DNA from: Eledone cirrhosa
Taxonomy: Eukaryota
Direction: 5' to 3'
DNA: 64,000 bases
Assembly: GCA_964016885.1 (NCBI GenBank)
Contig: OZ024742.1
Location: 24,180,001-24,244,000 of the forward strand
Made by a program: the position numbers and the translations under genes. Shown one piece after another: positions 28,525 to 43,770 of the stretch. Under the pieces are notes generated by a model. It was not told the DNA's origin. It made no database searches and saw nothing but the letters and a program-made list of their open reading frames with translations. Every line of letters starts with the position of its first letter. Position 1 is the first letter of the stretch.

Positions 28525-31500
28525 AGAGTATTTTATCATGACACTAGCACTACCACTTTACAGAGTCTAATGGGAGTATTTTATCATGACCCTAACACTA
28601 CCACTTTACAGAGTCTAATGGGAGTATTTTATCATGACACTAGCACTACCACTTTATAGAGTCTAATGGGAGTATTTTATCATGACACTAGCACTACCAC
28701 TTTACAGAGTCTAATGGGAGTATTTTATCATGACACTAGCACTACCACTTTACAGAGTCTAATGGGAGTATTTTATCATGACACCAGCACTACCACTTTC
28801 CAGAGTCTAATGGGAGTATTTTATCATGACACTAGCACTACCACTTTACAGAGTCTAATGGGAGTATTTTATCATGACACTATCACTACCACTTTACAGA
28901 GTCTAATGGGAGTATTTTATCATGACACGAGCACTACCACTTTATAGAGTCTAATGAGAGTATTTTCTCATGACACTAGCACTACCACTTTATAGAGTCT
29001 AATGGGAGTATTTTATCATGACACTAGCACTACCACTTTACAGAGTCTAATGGGAGTATTTTATCATGACACTATCACTACCACTTTACAGAGTCTAATG
29101 GGAGTATTTTATCATGACACTATCACTACCACTTTACAGAGTCTAATGGGAGTATTTTATCATGACCCTAACACTACCACTTTACAGAGTCTAATGGGAG
29201 TATTTTATCATGACACTAACACTACCACTTTATAGAGTCTAATGAGAGTATTTTATCATGACACTAGCACTACCACTTTACAGAGTCTAATGGGAGTATT
29301 TTATCATGACCCTAACACTACCACTTTACAGAGTCTAATGGGAGTATTTTATCATGACACTAGCACTACCACTTTATAGAGTCTAATGGGAGTATTTTAT
29401 CATGACACTAGCACTACCACTTTACAGAGTCTAATGGGAGTATTTTATCATGACACTAGCACTACCACTTTATAGAGTCTAATGGGAGTATTTTATCATT
29501 ACACTAGCACTACCACTTTCCAGAATCTGATGGGAGTATTTTATCATGACACTAACACTACCACTTTACAGAGTCTAATGGGAGTATTTTATCATGACAC
29601 TAGCACTACCACTTTCCAGAATCTAATGGGAGTATTTTATCATGACACTAGCACTACCACTTTACAGAGTCTAAATGGGAGTATTTTATCATGACACTAG
29701 CATTACCACTTTACAGAGTCTATTGGGAGTATTTTATCATGACACTAGCACTACCACTTTATAGAGTCTAATGGGAGTATTTTATCATGACACTAGCACT
29801 ACCACTTTACAGAGTCTAATGGGAGTATTTTATCATGACACTAGCACTACCAATTTACAGAGTCTAATGGGAGTATTTTATCATGACACTAGCACTACCA
29901 CTTTACAGAGTCTAATGGGAGTATTTTATCATGACACTAGCACTACCACTTTACAGAGTCTAATGGGTGTATTTTATCATGACACTAGCACTACCACTTT
30001 ATAGAGTCTAATGGGAGTATTTTATCATGACACTAACACTACCACTTTATAGAGTCTAATCTGAGGATTTTATCATGACACTAGCACTACCACTTTGCAG
30101 AGTCTAATGGGAGTATTTTATCATGACACTAGCACTACCACTTTACAGAGTCTAATGGGAGTATTTTATCATGACACTAGCACTACCACTTTATAGAGTC
30201 TAATGGGAGTATTTTATCATGACACTAGCACTACCACTTTACAGAGTCTAATGGGAGTATTTTATCATGACACTATCACTACCACTTTACAGAGTCTAAT
30301 GGGAGTATTTTATCATGACACTATCACTACCACTTTACAGAGTCTAATGGGAGTATTTTATCATGACCCTAACACTACCACTTTACAGAGTCTAATGGGA
30401 GTATTTTTTCATGACACTAACACTACCACTTTACAGAGTCTAATGGGAGTATTTTATAATGACACTAGCACTACCACTTTCCAGAGTCTAATGGGAGTAT
30501 TTTATCATGACACTAGCACTACCACTTTCCAGAGTCTAATGGGAGTATTTTATCATGACACTAGCACTACCACTTTACAGAGTCTAATGGGAGTATTTTA
30601 TCATGACACTAGCACTACCACTTTCCAGAGTCTAATGGGAGTATTTTATCATGACACTAGCACTACCACTTTACAGAGTCTATTGGGAGTATTTTATCAT
30701 GACACTAGCACTACCACTTTATAGAGTCTAATGAGAGTATTTTATCATGACACTAGCACTACCACTTTACAGAGTCTAATGGGAGTATTTTATCATGACA
30801 CTAACACTACCACTTTACAGAGTCTAATGGGTGTATTTTATCATGACACTAGCACTACCACTTTCCAGAGTGTAATGGGAGTATTTTATCATGACACTAG
30901 CACTACCACTTTACAGAGTCTAATGGGAGTATTTTATCATGACACTAGCACTACCACTTTATAGAGTCTAATGAGAGTATTTTATCATGACACTAGCACT
31001 ACCACTTTACAGAGTCTAATGGGAGTATTTTATCATGACCCTAACACTACCACTTTACAGAGTCTAATGGGAGTATTTTATCATGACACTAGCACTACCA
31101 CTTTATAGAGTCTAATGGGAGTATTTTATCATGACACTAGCACTACCACTTTACAGAGTCTAATGGGAGTATTTTATCATGACACTAGCACTACCACTTT
31201 ATAGAGTCTAATGGGAGTATTTTATCATGACACTAGCACTACCACTTTACAGAGTCTAATGGGAGTATTTTATCATTACACTAGCACTACCACTTTCCAG
31301 AATCTAATGGGAGTATTTTATCATGACACTAACACTACCACTTTACAGAGTCTAATGGGAGTATTTTATCATGACACTAGCACTACCACTTTCCAGAGTC
31401 TAATGGGAGTATTTTATCATGACACTAGCACTACCACTTTACAGTGTCTAATGGGAGTATTTTATCATGACACTAGCACTACCACTTTACAGAGTCTAAT

Positions 31501-34500
31501 GGGAGTATTTTATCATGACACTATCACTACCACTTTACAGAGTCTAACGGGAGTATTTTATCATGACCCTAACTCTACCACTTTACAGAGTCTAATGGGA
31601 GTATTTTATCATGACACTAGCACTACCACTTTATAGAGTCTAATGGGAGTATTTTATCATGACAGTAGCACTACCACTTTACAGAGTCTAATGTGAGTAT
31701 TTTATCATGACACTAGCACTACCACTTTATAGAGTCTAATGGGAGTATTTTATCATGACACTAGCACTACCACTTTACAGAGTCTAATGTGAGTATTTTA
31801 TCATGACACTAGCACTACCACTTTACAGAATCTAATGGGAGTATTTTATCATGACACTAACACTACCACTTTACAGAGTCTAATGGGAGTATTTTATCAT
31901 GACACTAGCACTACCACTTTCCAGAGTCTAATGGGAGTATTTTATCATGACACTAGCACTACCACTTTCCAGAGTCTAATGGGAGTATTTTATCATGACA
32001 CTAGCACTACCACTTTACAGAGTCTATTGGGAGTATTTTATCATGACACTAGCACTACCACTTTATAGAGTCTAATGGGAGTATTTTATCATGACACTAG
32101 CACTACCACTTTACAGAGTCTAATGGGAGTATTTTATCATGACACTAACACTACCACTTTACAGAGTCTAATGGGAGTATTTTATCATGACACTAGCACT
32201 ACCACTTTCCAGAGTCTAATGGGAGTATTTTATCATGACACTAGCACTACCACTTTCCAGAGTCTAATGGGAGTATTTTATCATGACACTAGCACTACCA
32301 CTTTATAGAGTCTAATGAGAGTATTTTATCATGACACTAGCACTACCACTTTACAGAGTCTAATGGGAGTATTTTATCATGACCCTAACACTACCACTTT
32401 ACAGAGTCTAATGGGAGTATTTTATCATGACACTAGCACTACCACTTTATAGAGTCTAATGGGAGTATTTTATCATGACACTAGCACTACCACTTTACAG
32501 AGTCTAATGGGAGTATTTTATCATGACACTAGCACTACCACTTTATAGAGTCTAATGGGAGTATTTTATCATGACACTAGCACTACCACTTTACAGAGTC
32601 TAATGGGAGTATTTTATCATTACACTAGCACTACCACTTTCCAGAATCTGATGGGAGTATTTTATCATGACACTAACACTACCACTTTACAGAGTCTAAT
32701 GGGAGTATTTTATCATGACACTAGCACTACCACTTTCCAGAGTCTAATGGGAGTATTTTATCATGACACTAGCACTACCACTTTACAGAGTCTAAATGGG
32801 AGTATTTTATCATGACACTAGCATTACCACTTTACAGAGTCTATTGGGAGTATTTTATCATGACACTAGCACTACCACTTTATAGAGTCTAATGGGAGTA
32901 TTTTATCATGACACTAGCACTACCACTTTACAGAGTCTAATGGGAGTACTTTATCATGACACTAGCACTACCACTTTCCAGAGTCTAATGGGAGTATTTT
33001 ATCATGACACTAGCACTACCACTTTCCAGAGTCTAATGGGAGTATTTTATCATGACACTAGCACTACCACTTTATAGAGTCTAATGAGAGTATTTTATCA
33101 TGACACTAGCACTACCACTTTACAGAGTCTAATGGGAGTATTTTATCATGACCCTAACACTACCACTTTACAGAGTCTAATGGGAGTATTTTATCATGAC
33201 ACTAGCACTACCACTTTATAGAGTCTAATGGGAGTATTTTATCATGACACTAGCACTACCACTTTACAGAGTCTAATGGGAGTATTTTATCATGACACTA
33301 GCACTACCACTTTACAGAGTCTAATGGGAGTATTTTATCATGACACCAGCACTACCACTTTCCAGAGTCTAATGGGAGTATTTTATCATGACACTAGCAC
33401 TACCACTTTACAGAGTCTAATGGGAGTATTTTATCATGACACTATCACTACCACTTTACAGAGTCTAATGGGAGTATTTTATCATGACACGAGCACTACC
33501 ACTTTATAGAGTCTAATGAGAGTATTTTCTCATGACACTAGCACTACCACTTTATAGAGTCTAATGGGAGTATTTTATCATGACACTAGCACTACCACTT
33601 TACAGAGTCTAATGGAAGTATTTTATCATGACACTATCACTACCACTTTACAGAGTCTAATGGGAGTATTTTATCATGACACTATCACTACCACTTTACA
33701 GAGTCTAATGGGAGTATTTTATCATGACCCTAACACTACCACTTTACAGAGTCTAATGGGAGTATTTTATCATGACACTAACACTACCACTTTATAGAGT
33801 CTAATGAGAGTATTTTATCATGACACTAGCACTACCACTTTACAGAGTCTAATGGGAGTATTTTATCATGACCCTAACACTACCACTTTACAGAGTCTAA
33901 TGGGAGTATTTTATCATGACACTAGCACTACCACTTTATAGAGTCTAATGGGAGTATTTTATCATGACACTAGCACTACCACTTTACAGAGTCTAATGGG
34001 AGTATTTTATCATGACACTAGCACTACCACTTTATAGAGTCTAATGGGAGTATTTTATCATTACACTAGCACTACCACTTTCCAGAATCTGATGGGAGTA
34101 TTTTATCATGACACTAACACTACCACTTTACAGAGTCTAATGGGAGTATTTTATCATGACACTAGCACTACCACTTTCCAGAATCTAATGGGAGTATTTT
34201 ATCATGACACTAGCACTACCACTTTACAGAGTCTAAATGGGAGTATTTTATCATGACACTAGCATTACCACTTTACAGAGTCTATTGGGAGTATTTTATC
34301 ATGACACTAGCACTACCACTTTATAGAGTCTAATGGGAGTATTTTATCATGACACTAGCACTACCACTTTACAGAGTCTAATGGGAGTATTTTATCATGA
34401 CACTAGCACTACCAATTTACAGAGTCTAATGGGAGTATTTTATCATGACACTAGCACTACCACTTTACAGAGTCTAATGGGAGTATTTTATCATGACACT

Positions 34501-37500
34501 AGCACTACCACTTTACAGAGTCTAATGGGTGTATTTTATCATGACACTAGCACTACCACTTTATAGAGTCTAATGGGAGTATTTTATCATGACACTAACA
34601 CTACCACTTTATAGAGTCTAATCTGAGGATTTTATCATGACACTAGCACTACCACTTTGCAGAGTCTAATGGGAGTATTTTATCATGACACTAGCACTAC
34701 CACTTTACAGAGTCTAATGGGAGTATTTTATCATGACACTAGCACTACCACTTTATAGAGTCTAATGGGAGTATTTTATCATGACACTAGCACTACCACT
34801 TTACAGAGTCTAATGGGAGTATTTTATCATGACACTATCACTACCACTTTACAGAGTCTAATGGGAGTATTTTATCATGACACTATCACTACCACTTTAC
34901 AGAGTCTAATGGGAGTATTTTATCATGACCCTAACACTACCACTTTACAGAGTCTAATGGGAGTATTTTTTCATGACACTAACACTACCACTTTACAGAG
35001 TCTAATGGGAGTATTTTATAATGACACTAGCACTACCACTTTCCAGAGTCTAATGGGAGTATTTTATCATGACACTAGCACTACCACTTTCCAGAGTCTA
35101 ATGGGAGTATTTTATCATGACACTAGCACTACCACTTTACAGAGTCTAATGGGAGTATTTTATCATGACACTAGCACTACCACTTTCCAGAGTCTAATGG
35201 GAGTATTTTATCATGACACTAGCACTACCACTTTACAGAGTCTATTGGGAGTATTTTATCATGACACTAGCACTACCACTTTATAGAGTCTAATGAGAGT
35301 ATTTTATCATGACACTAGCACTACCACTTTACAGAGTCTAATGGGAGTATTTTATCATGACACTAACACTACCACTTTACAGAGTCTAATGGGTGTATTT
35401 TATCATGACACTAGCACTACCACTTTCCAGAGTGTAATGGGAGTATTTTATCATGACACTAGCACTACCACTTTACAGAGTCTAATGGGAGTATTTTATC
35501 ATGACACTAGCACTACCACTTTATAGAGTCTAATGAGAGTATTTTATCATGACACTAGCACTACCACTTTACAGAGTCTAATGGGAGTATTTTATCATGA
35601 CCCTAACACTACCACTTTACAGAGTCTAATGGGAGTATTTTATCATGACACTAGCACTACCACTTTATAGAGTCTAATGGGAGTATTTTATCATGACACT
35701 AGCACTACCACTTTACAGAGTCTAATGGGAGTATTTTATCATGACACTAGCACTACCACTTTATAGAGTCTAATGGGAGTATTTTATCATGACACTAGCA
35801 CTACCACTTTACAGAGTCTAATGGGAGTATTTTATCATTACACTAGCACTACCACTTTCCAGAATCTAATGGGAGTATTTTATCATGACACTAACACTAC
35901 CACTTTACAGAGTCTAATGGGAGTATTTTATCATGACACTAGCACTACCACTTTCCAGAGTCTAATGGGAGTATTTTATCATGACACTAGCACTACCACT
36001 TTACAGTGTCTAATGGGAGTATTTTATCATGACACTAGCACTACCACTTTACAGAGTCTAATGGGAGTATTTTATCATGACACTATCACTACCACTTTAC
36101 AGAGTCTAACGGGAGTATTTTATCATGACCCTAACTCTACCACTTTACAGAGTCTAATGGGAGTATTTTATCATGACACTAGCACTACCACTTTATAGAG
36201 TCTAATGGGAGTATTTTATCATGACAGTAGCACTACCACTTTACAGAGTCTAATGTGAGTATTTTATCATGACACTAGCACTACCACTTTATAGAGTCTA
36301 ATGGGAGTATTTTATCATGACACTAGCACTACCACTTTACAGAGTCTAATGTGAGTATTTTATCATGACACTAGCACTACCACTTTACAGAATCTAATGG
36401 GAGTATTTTATCATGACACTAACACTACCACTTTACAGAGTCTAATGGGAGTATTTTATCATGACACTAGCACTACCACTTTCCAGAGTCTAATGGGAGT
36501 ATTTTATCATGACACTAGCACTACCACTTTCCAGAGTCTAATGGGAGTATTTTATCATGACACTAGCACTACCACTTTACAGAGTCTATTGGGAGTATTT
36601 TATCATGACACTAGCACTACCACTTTATAGAGTCTAATGGGAGTATTTTATCATGACACTAGCACTACCACTTTACAGAGTCTAATGGGAGTATTTTATC
36701 ATGACACTAACACTACCACTTTACAGAGTCTAATGGGAGTATTTTATCATGACACTAGCACTACCACTTTCCAGAGTCTAATGGGAGTATTTTATCATGA
36801 CACTAGCACTACCACTTTCCAGAGTCTAATGGGAGTATTTTATCATGACACTAGCACTACCACTTTATAGAGTCTAATGAGAGTATTTTATCATGACACT
36901 AGCACTACCACTTTACAGAGTCTAATGGGAGTATTTTATCATGACCCTAACACTACCACTTTACAGAGTCTAATGGGAGTATTTTATCATGACACTAGCA
37001 CTACCACTTTATAGAGTCTAATGGGAGTATTTTATCATGACACTAGCACTACCACTTTACAGAGTCTAATGGGAGTATTTTATCATGACACTAGCACTAC
37101 CACTTTATAGAGTCTAATGGGAGTATTTTATCATGACACTAGCACTACCACTTTACAGAGTCTAATGGGAGTATTTTATCATTACACTAGCACTACCACT
37201 TTCCAGAATCTGATGGGAGTATTTTATCATGACACTAACACTACCACTCTACAGAGTCTAATGGGAGTATTTTATCATGACACTAGCACTACCACTTTCC
37301 AGAGTCTAATGGGAGTATTTTATCATGACACTAGCACTACCACTTTACAGAGTCTAAATGGGAGTATTTTATCATGACACTAGCATTACCACTTTACAGA
37401 GTCTATTGGGAGTATTTTATCATGACACTAGCACTACCACTTTATAGAGTCTAATGGGAGTATTTTATCATGACACTAGCACTACCACTTTACAGAGTCT

Positions 37501-37511
37501 AATGGGAGTAC
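28388..37511. repeat. Tandem duplication of a 4562-bp unit (95 monomers + 2 bp)
   Basis: Eleven ORF starts recur at exactly +4562 (28666/33228 through 32892/37454). Shared rare variants GACACCAGC, TTTTCTCAT, ATCTGAGGA, TATAATGAC, AGTGTAATG and AACTCT. Confidence 0.95.
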
Positions 37512-38893
37512 TTTATCATGACACTAGCACTACCAATTTACAGAGTCTAATGGGAGTATTTTATCATGACACTAGCACTACCACTTTACAGAGTCTAATG
37601 GGAGTATTTTATCATGACACTAGCACTACCACTTTACAGAGTCTAATGGGTGTATTTTATCATGACACTAGCACTACCACTTTATAGAGTCTAATGGGAG
37701 TATTTTATCATGACACTAACACTACCACTTTATAGAGTCTAATCTGAGTATTTTATCATGACACTAACACTACCACTTTACAGAGTCTAATGGGAGTATT
37801 TTATCATGACACTAGCACTACCACTTTACAGAGTCTAATGGGAGTATTTTATCATGACACTAGCACTACCACTTTCCAGAGTCTAATGGGAGTATTTTAT
37901 CATGACACTAGCACTACCACTTTACAGAGTCTAATGGGAGTATTTTATCATGACACTATCACTACCACTTTACAGAGTCTAATGGGAGTATTTTATCATG
38001 ACACGAGCACTACCACTTTATATAGTCTAATGAGAGTATTTTATCATGACACTAGCACTACCACTTTATAGAGTCTAATGGGAGTATTTTATCATGACAC
38101 TAGCACTACCACTTTACAGAGTCTAATGGGAGTATTTTATCATGACACTATCACTACCACTTTACAGAGTCTAATGGGAGTATTTTATCATGACACTATC
38201 ACTACCACTTTACAGAGTCTAATGGGAGTATTTTATCATGACACTAGCACTACCACTTTACAGAGTCTAATGGGAGTATTTTTTCATGAGACTAACACTA
38301 CCATTTTACAGAGTCTAATGGGAGTATTTTATAATGACACTAGCACTACCACTTTCCAGAGTCTAATGGGAGTATTTTATCATGACACTAGCACTACCAC
38401 TTTCCAGAGTCTAATGGGAGTATTTTATCATGACACTAGCACTACCACTTTACAGAGTCTAATGGGAGTATTTTATCATGACACTAGCACTACCACTTTC
38501 CAGAGTCTAATGGGAGTATTTTATCATGACACTAGCACTACCACTTTACAGAGTCTATTGGGAGTATGTTATCATGACACTAGCACTACCACTTTATAGA
38601 GTCTAATGGGAGTATTTTATCATGACACTAGCACTACCACTTTACAGAGTCTAATGGGAGTATTTTATCATGACACTAACACTACCACTTTACAGAGTCT
38701 AATGAGTGTATTTTATCATGACACTAGCACTACCACTTTCCAGAGTCTAATGGGAGTATTTTATCATGACACTAGCACTACCACTTTACAGAGTCTAATG
38801 GGAGTATTTTATCATGGCACTAGCACTACCACTTTCCAGAGTCTAATGGGAGTATTTTATCATGACACTATCACTACCACTTTACAGAGTCTA

Positions 38894-41710
38894 ATGGGAG
38901 TATTTTATCATGACACGAGCACTACCACTTTATAGAGTCTAATGAGAGTATTTTATCATGACACTAGCACTACCACTTTATAGAGTCTAATGGGAGTATT
39001 TTATCATGACACTAGCACTACCACTTTACAGAGTCTAATGGGAGTATTTTATCATGACACTATCACTACTACTTTACAGAGTCTAATGGGAGTATTTTAT
39101 CATGACACTAGCACTACCACTTTATAGAGTCTAATGGGAGTATTTTATCATGACACTAGCACTACCACTTTACAGAGTCTATTGGGAGTATTTTATCATG
39201 ACACTAGCACTACCACTTTATAGAGTCTAATGGGAGTATTTTATCATGACACTAGCACTACCACTTTACAGAGTCTAATGGGAGTATTTTATCATGACAC
39301 TAACACTACCACTTTACAGAGTCTAATGGGAGTATTTTATCATGACACTAGCACTACCACTTTCCAGAGTCTAATGGGAGTATTTTATCATGACACTAGC
39401 ACTACCACTTTACAGAGTCTAATGGGAGTATTTTATCATGACACTAGCACTACCACTTTCCAGAGTCTAATGGGAGTATTTTATCATGACACTAGCACTA
39501 CCACTTTACAGAGTCTAATGGGAGTATTTTATCATGACACTAGCACTACCACTTTACAGAGTCTATTGGGAGTATTTTATCATGACACTAGCACTACCAC
39601 TTTATAGAGTCTAATGGGAGTATTTTATCATGACACTAGCACTACCACTTTACAGAGTCTAATGGGAGTATTTTATCATGACACTAACACTACCACTTTA
39701 TAGAGTCTAATGGGAGTATTTTATCATGACACTAGCACTACCACTTTATAGAGTCTAATTGGAGTATTTTATCATGACACTAGCACTACCACTTTACAGA
39801 GTCTAATGGGAGTATTTTATCATGAAACTAACACTACCACTTTATAGAGTCTAATGGGAGTATTTTATCATGACACTAGCACTACCACTTTACAGAGTCT
39901 AATGGGAGTATTTTATCATGACACTATCACTACCACTTTACAGAGTCTAATGGGAGTATTTTATCATGACACTAGCACTACCACTTTATAGAGTCTAATG
40001 AGAGTATTTTATCATGACACTAGCACTACCACTTTACAGAGTCTAATGGGAGTATTTTATCATGACCCTAACACTACCACTTTACAGAGTCTAATGGGAG
40101 TATTTTATCATGACACTAGCACTACCACTTTATAGAGTCTAATGGGAGTATTTTATCATGACACTAGCACTACCACTTTACAGAGTCTAATGGGAGTATT
40201 TTATCATGACACTAGCACTACCACTTTACAGAGTCTAATGGGAGTATTTTATCATGACACTAGCACTACCACTTTACAGAGTCTAATGGGAGTATTTTAT
40301 CATGACCCTAACACTACCACTTTACAGAGTCTAATGGGAGTATTTTATCATGACACTAGCACTACCACTTTATAGAGTCTAATGGGAGTATTTTATCATG
40401 ACACGAGCACAACCACTTTATAGAGTCTAATGAGAGTATTTTATCATGACACTAGCACTACCACTTTATAGAGTCTAATGGGAGTATTTTATCATGACAC
40501 TAGCACTACCACTTTACAGAGTCTAATGGGAGTATTTTATCATGACACTATCACTACTACTTTACAGAGTCTAATGGGAGTATTTTATCATGACACTAGC
40601 ACTACCACTTTATAGAGTCTAATGGGAGTATTTTATCATGACACTAGCACTACCACTTTACAGAGTCTATTGGGAGTATTTTATCATGACACTAGCACTA
40701 CCACTTTATAGAGTCTAATGGGAGTATTTTATCATGACACTAGCACTACCACTTTACAGAGTCTAATGGGAGTATTTTATCATGACACTAACACTACCAC
40801 TTTACAGAGTCTAATGGGAGTATTTTATCATGACACTAGCACTACCACTTTCCAGAGTCTAATGGGAGTATTTTATCATGACACTAGCAATACCACTTTA
40901 CAGAGTCTAATGGGAGTATTTTATCATGACACTAGCACTACCACTTTCCAGAGTCTAATGGGAGTATTTTATCATGACACTAGCACTACCACTTTACAGA
41001 GTCTAATGGGAGTATTTTATCATGACACTAGCACTACCACTTTACAGAGTCTATTGGGAGTATTTTATCATGACAATAGCACTACCACTTTATAGAGTCT
41101 AATGGGAGTATTTTATCATGACACTAGCACTACCACTTTACAGAGTCTAATGGGAGTATTTTATCATGACACTAACACTACCACTTTATAGAGTCTAATG
41201 GGAGTATTTTATCATGACACTAGCACTACCACTTTATAGAGTCTAATTGGAGTATTTTATCATGACACTAGCACTACCACTTTACAGAGTCTAATGGGAG
41301 TATTTTATCATGAAACTAACACTACCACTTTATAGAGTCTAATGGGAGTATTTTATCATGACACTAGCACTACCACTTTACAGAGTCTAATGGGAGTATT
41401 TTATCATGACACTATCACTACCACTTTACAGAGTCTAATGGGAGTATTTTATCATGACACTAGCACTACCACTTTATAGAGTCTAATGAGAGTATTTTAT
41501 CATGACACTAGCACTACCACTTTACAGAGTCTAATGGGAGTATTTTATCATGACCCTAACACTACCACTTTACAGAGTCTAATGGGAGTATTTTATCATG
41601 ACACTAGCACTACCACTTTATAGAGTCTAATGGGAGTATTTTATCATGACACTAGCACTACCACTTTACAGAGTCTAATGGGAGTATTTTATCATGACAC
41701 TAGCACTACC
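38894..41710. repeat. Tandem duplication, offset 1488 bp (31 monomers)
   Basis: ORFs 39230/40718. Markers ATCACTACT (~39062/40550), ATTGGA (~39758/41246) and CATGAAACTAAC (~39821/41309). Confidence 0.88.
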
Positions 41711-41924
41711 ACTTTATAGAGTCTAATGGGAGTATTTTATCATGACACTAGCACTACCACTTTACAGAGTCTAATGGGAGTATTTTATCATTACACTAGC
41801 ACTACCACTTTCCAGAATCTAATGGGAGTATTTTATCATGACACTAACACTACCACTTTACCGAGTCTAATGGGAGTATTTTATCATGACACTAGCATTA
41901 CCACTTTACAGAGTCTATTGGGAG

Positions 41925-43770
41925 TATTTTATCATGACACTAGCACTACCACTTTATAGAGTCTAATGGGAGTATTTTATCATGACACTAGCACTACCAC
42001 TTTACAGAGTCTAATGGGAGTATTTTATCATGACACTAGCACTACCAATTTACAGAGTCTAATGGGAGTATTTTATCATGACACTAGCACTACCACTTTA
42101 CAGAGTCTAATTGGAGTATTTTATCATGACACTAGCACTACCACTTTACAGAGTCTAATGGGTGTATTTTATCATGACACTAGCACTACCACTTTATAGA
42201 GTCTAAAGGGAGTATTTTATCATGACACTAACACTACCACTTTACAGAGTCTAATGGGAGTATTTTTTCATGACACTAACACTACCACTTTACAGAGTCC
42301 AATGGGAGTATTTTATCATGACACTAGCACTTCCACTTTACAGAGTCTAATGGGAGTATTTTATCATGACACTAGCACTACCACTTTACAGAGTCTAATG
42401 GGAGTATTTTATCATGACACTAGCACTACCACTTTACAGAGTCTATTGGGAGTATTTTATCATGACACTAACACTACCACTTTATAGAGTCTAATGGGAG
42501 TATTTTATCATGACACTAGCACTACCACTTTATAGAGTCTAATGGGAGTATTTTATCATGACACTAGCACTACCACTTTACAGAGTCTAATGGGAGTATT
42601 TTATCATGACACTAACACTACCACTTTATAGAGTCTAATGGGAGTATTTTATCATGACACTAGCACTACCACTTTACAGAGTCTAATGGGAGTATTTTAT
42701 CATGACACTATCACTACCACTTTACAGAGTCTAATGGGAGTATTTTATCATGACACTAGCACTACCACTTTATAGAGTCTAATGAGAGTATTTTATCATG
42801 ACACTAGCACTACCACTTTATAGAGTCTAATGGGAGTATTTTATCATGACACTAGCACTACCACTTTACAGAGTCTAATGGGAGTATTTTATCATGACAC
42901 TAGCACTACCAATTTACAGAGTCTAATGGGAGTATTTTATCATGACACTAGCACTACCACTTTACAGAGTCTAATTGGAGTATTTTATCATGACACTAGC
43001 ACTACCACTTTACAGAGTCTAATGGGTGTATTTTATCATGACACTAGCACTACCACTTTATAGAGTCTAAAGGGAGTATTTTATCATGACACTAACACTA
43101 CCACTTTACAGAGTCTAATGGGAGTATTTTTTCATGACACTAACACTACCACTTTACAGAGTCCAATGGGAGTATTTTATCATGACACTAGCACTTCCAC
43201 TTTACAGAGTCTAATGGGAGTATTTTATCATGACACTAGCACTACCACTTTACAGAGTCTAATGGGAGTATTTTATCATGACACTAGCACTACCACTTTA
43301 CAGAGTCTATTGGGAGTATTTTATCATGACACTAACACTACCACTTTATAGAGTCTAATGGGAGTATTTTATCATGACACTAGCACTACCACTTTATAGA
43401 GTCTAATGGGAGTATTTTATCATGACACTAGCACTACCACTTTACAGAGTCTAATGGGAGTATTTTATCATGACACTAACACTACCACTTTATAGAGTCT
43501 AATGGGAGTATTTTATCATGACACTAGCACTACCACTTTACAGAGTCTAATGGGAGTATTTTATCATGACACTATCACTACCACTTTACAGAGTCTAATG
43601 GGAGTATTTTATCATGACACTAGCACTACCACTTTATAGAGTCTAATGAGAGTATTTTATCATGACACTAGCACTACCACTTTATAGAGTCTAATGGGAG
43701 TATTTTATCATGACACTAGCACTACCACTTTACAGAGTCTAATGGGAGTATTTTATCATGACACTAGCAC
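41925..43770. repeat. Tandem duplication of an 864-bp unit (18 monomers)
   Basis: Identical ORFs at 41966/42830 and 42254/43118. Private variants CTAAAGGG, AGTCCAATG and AGCACTTCC appear in both copies. Confidence 0.93.

Larger units (their letters stand above)
17430..37520. repeat. Central domain of irregular higher-order units (30-65 monomers), each marked by one 49-bp monomer (+A insertion)
   Basis: CTAAATGGG in place of CTAATGGG, with AAA starting at 18783, 21040, 23190, 25255, 27512, 29673, 32794, 34235 and 37356. The ORF start phase moves +1 at each site. Confidence 0.9.

Noticed and set aside
18783-37358. +A sites as programmed frameshifts, phase-variation tracts or sequencing errors
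   Set aside because: They always sit on the same linked haplotype, so they are best explained as one mutation inherited through duplication. The shifted frame (NGSILS*) stops at once.
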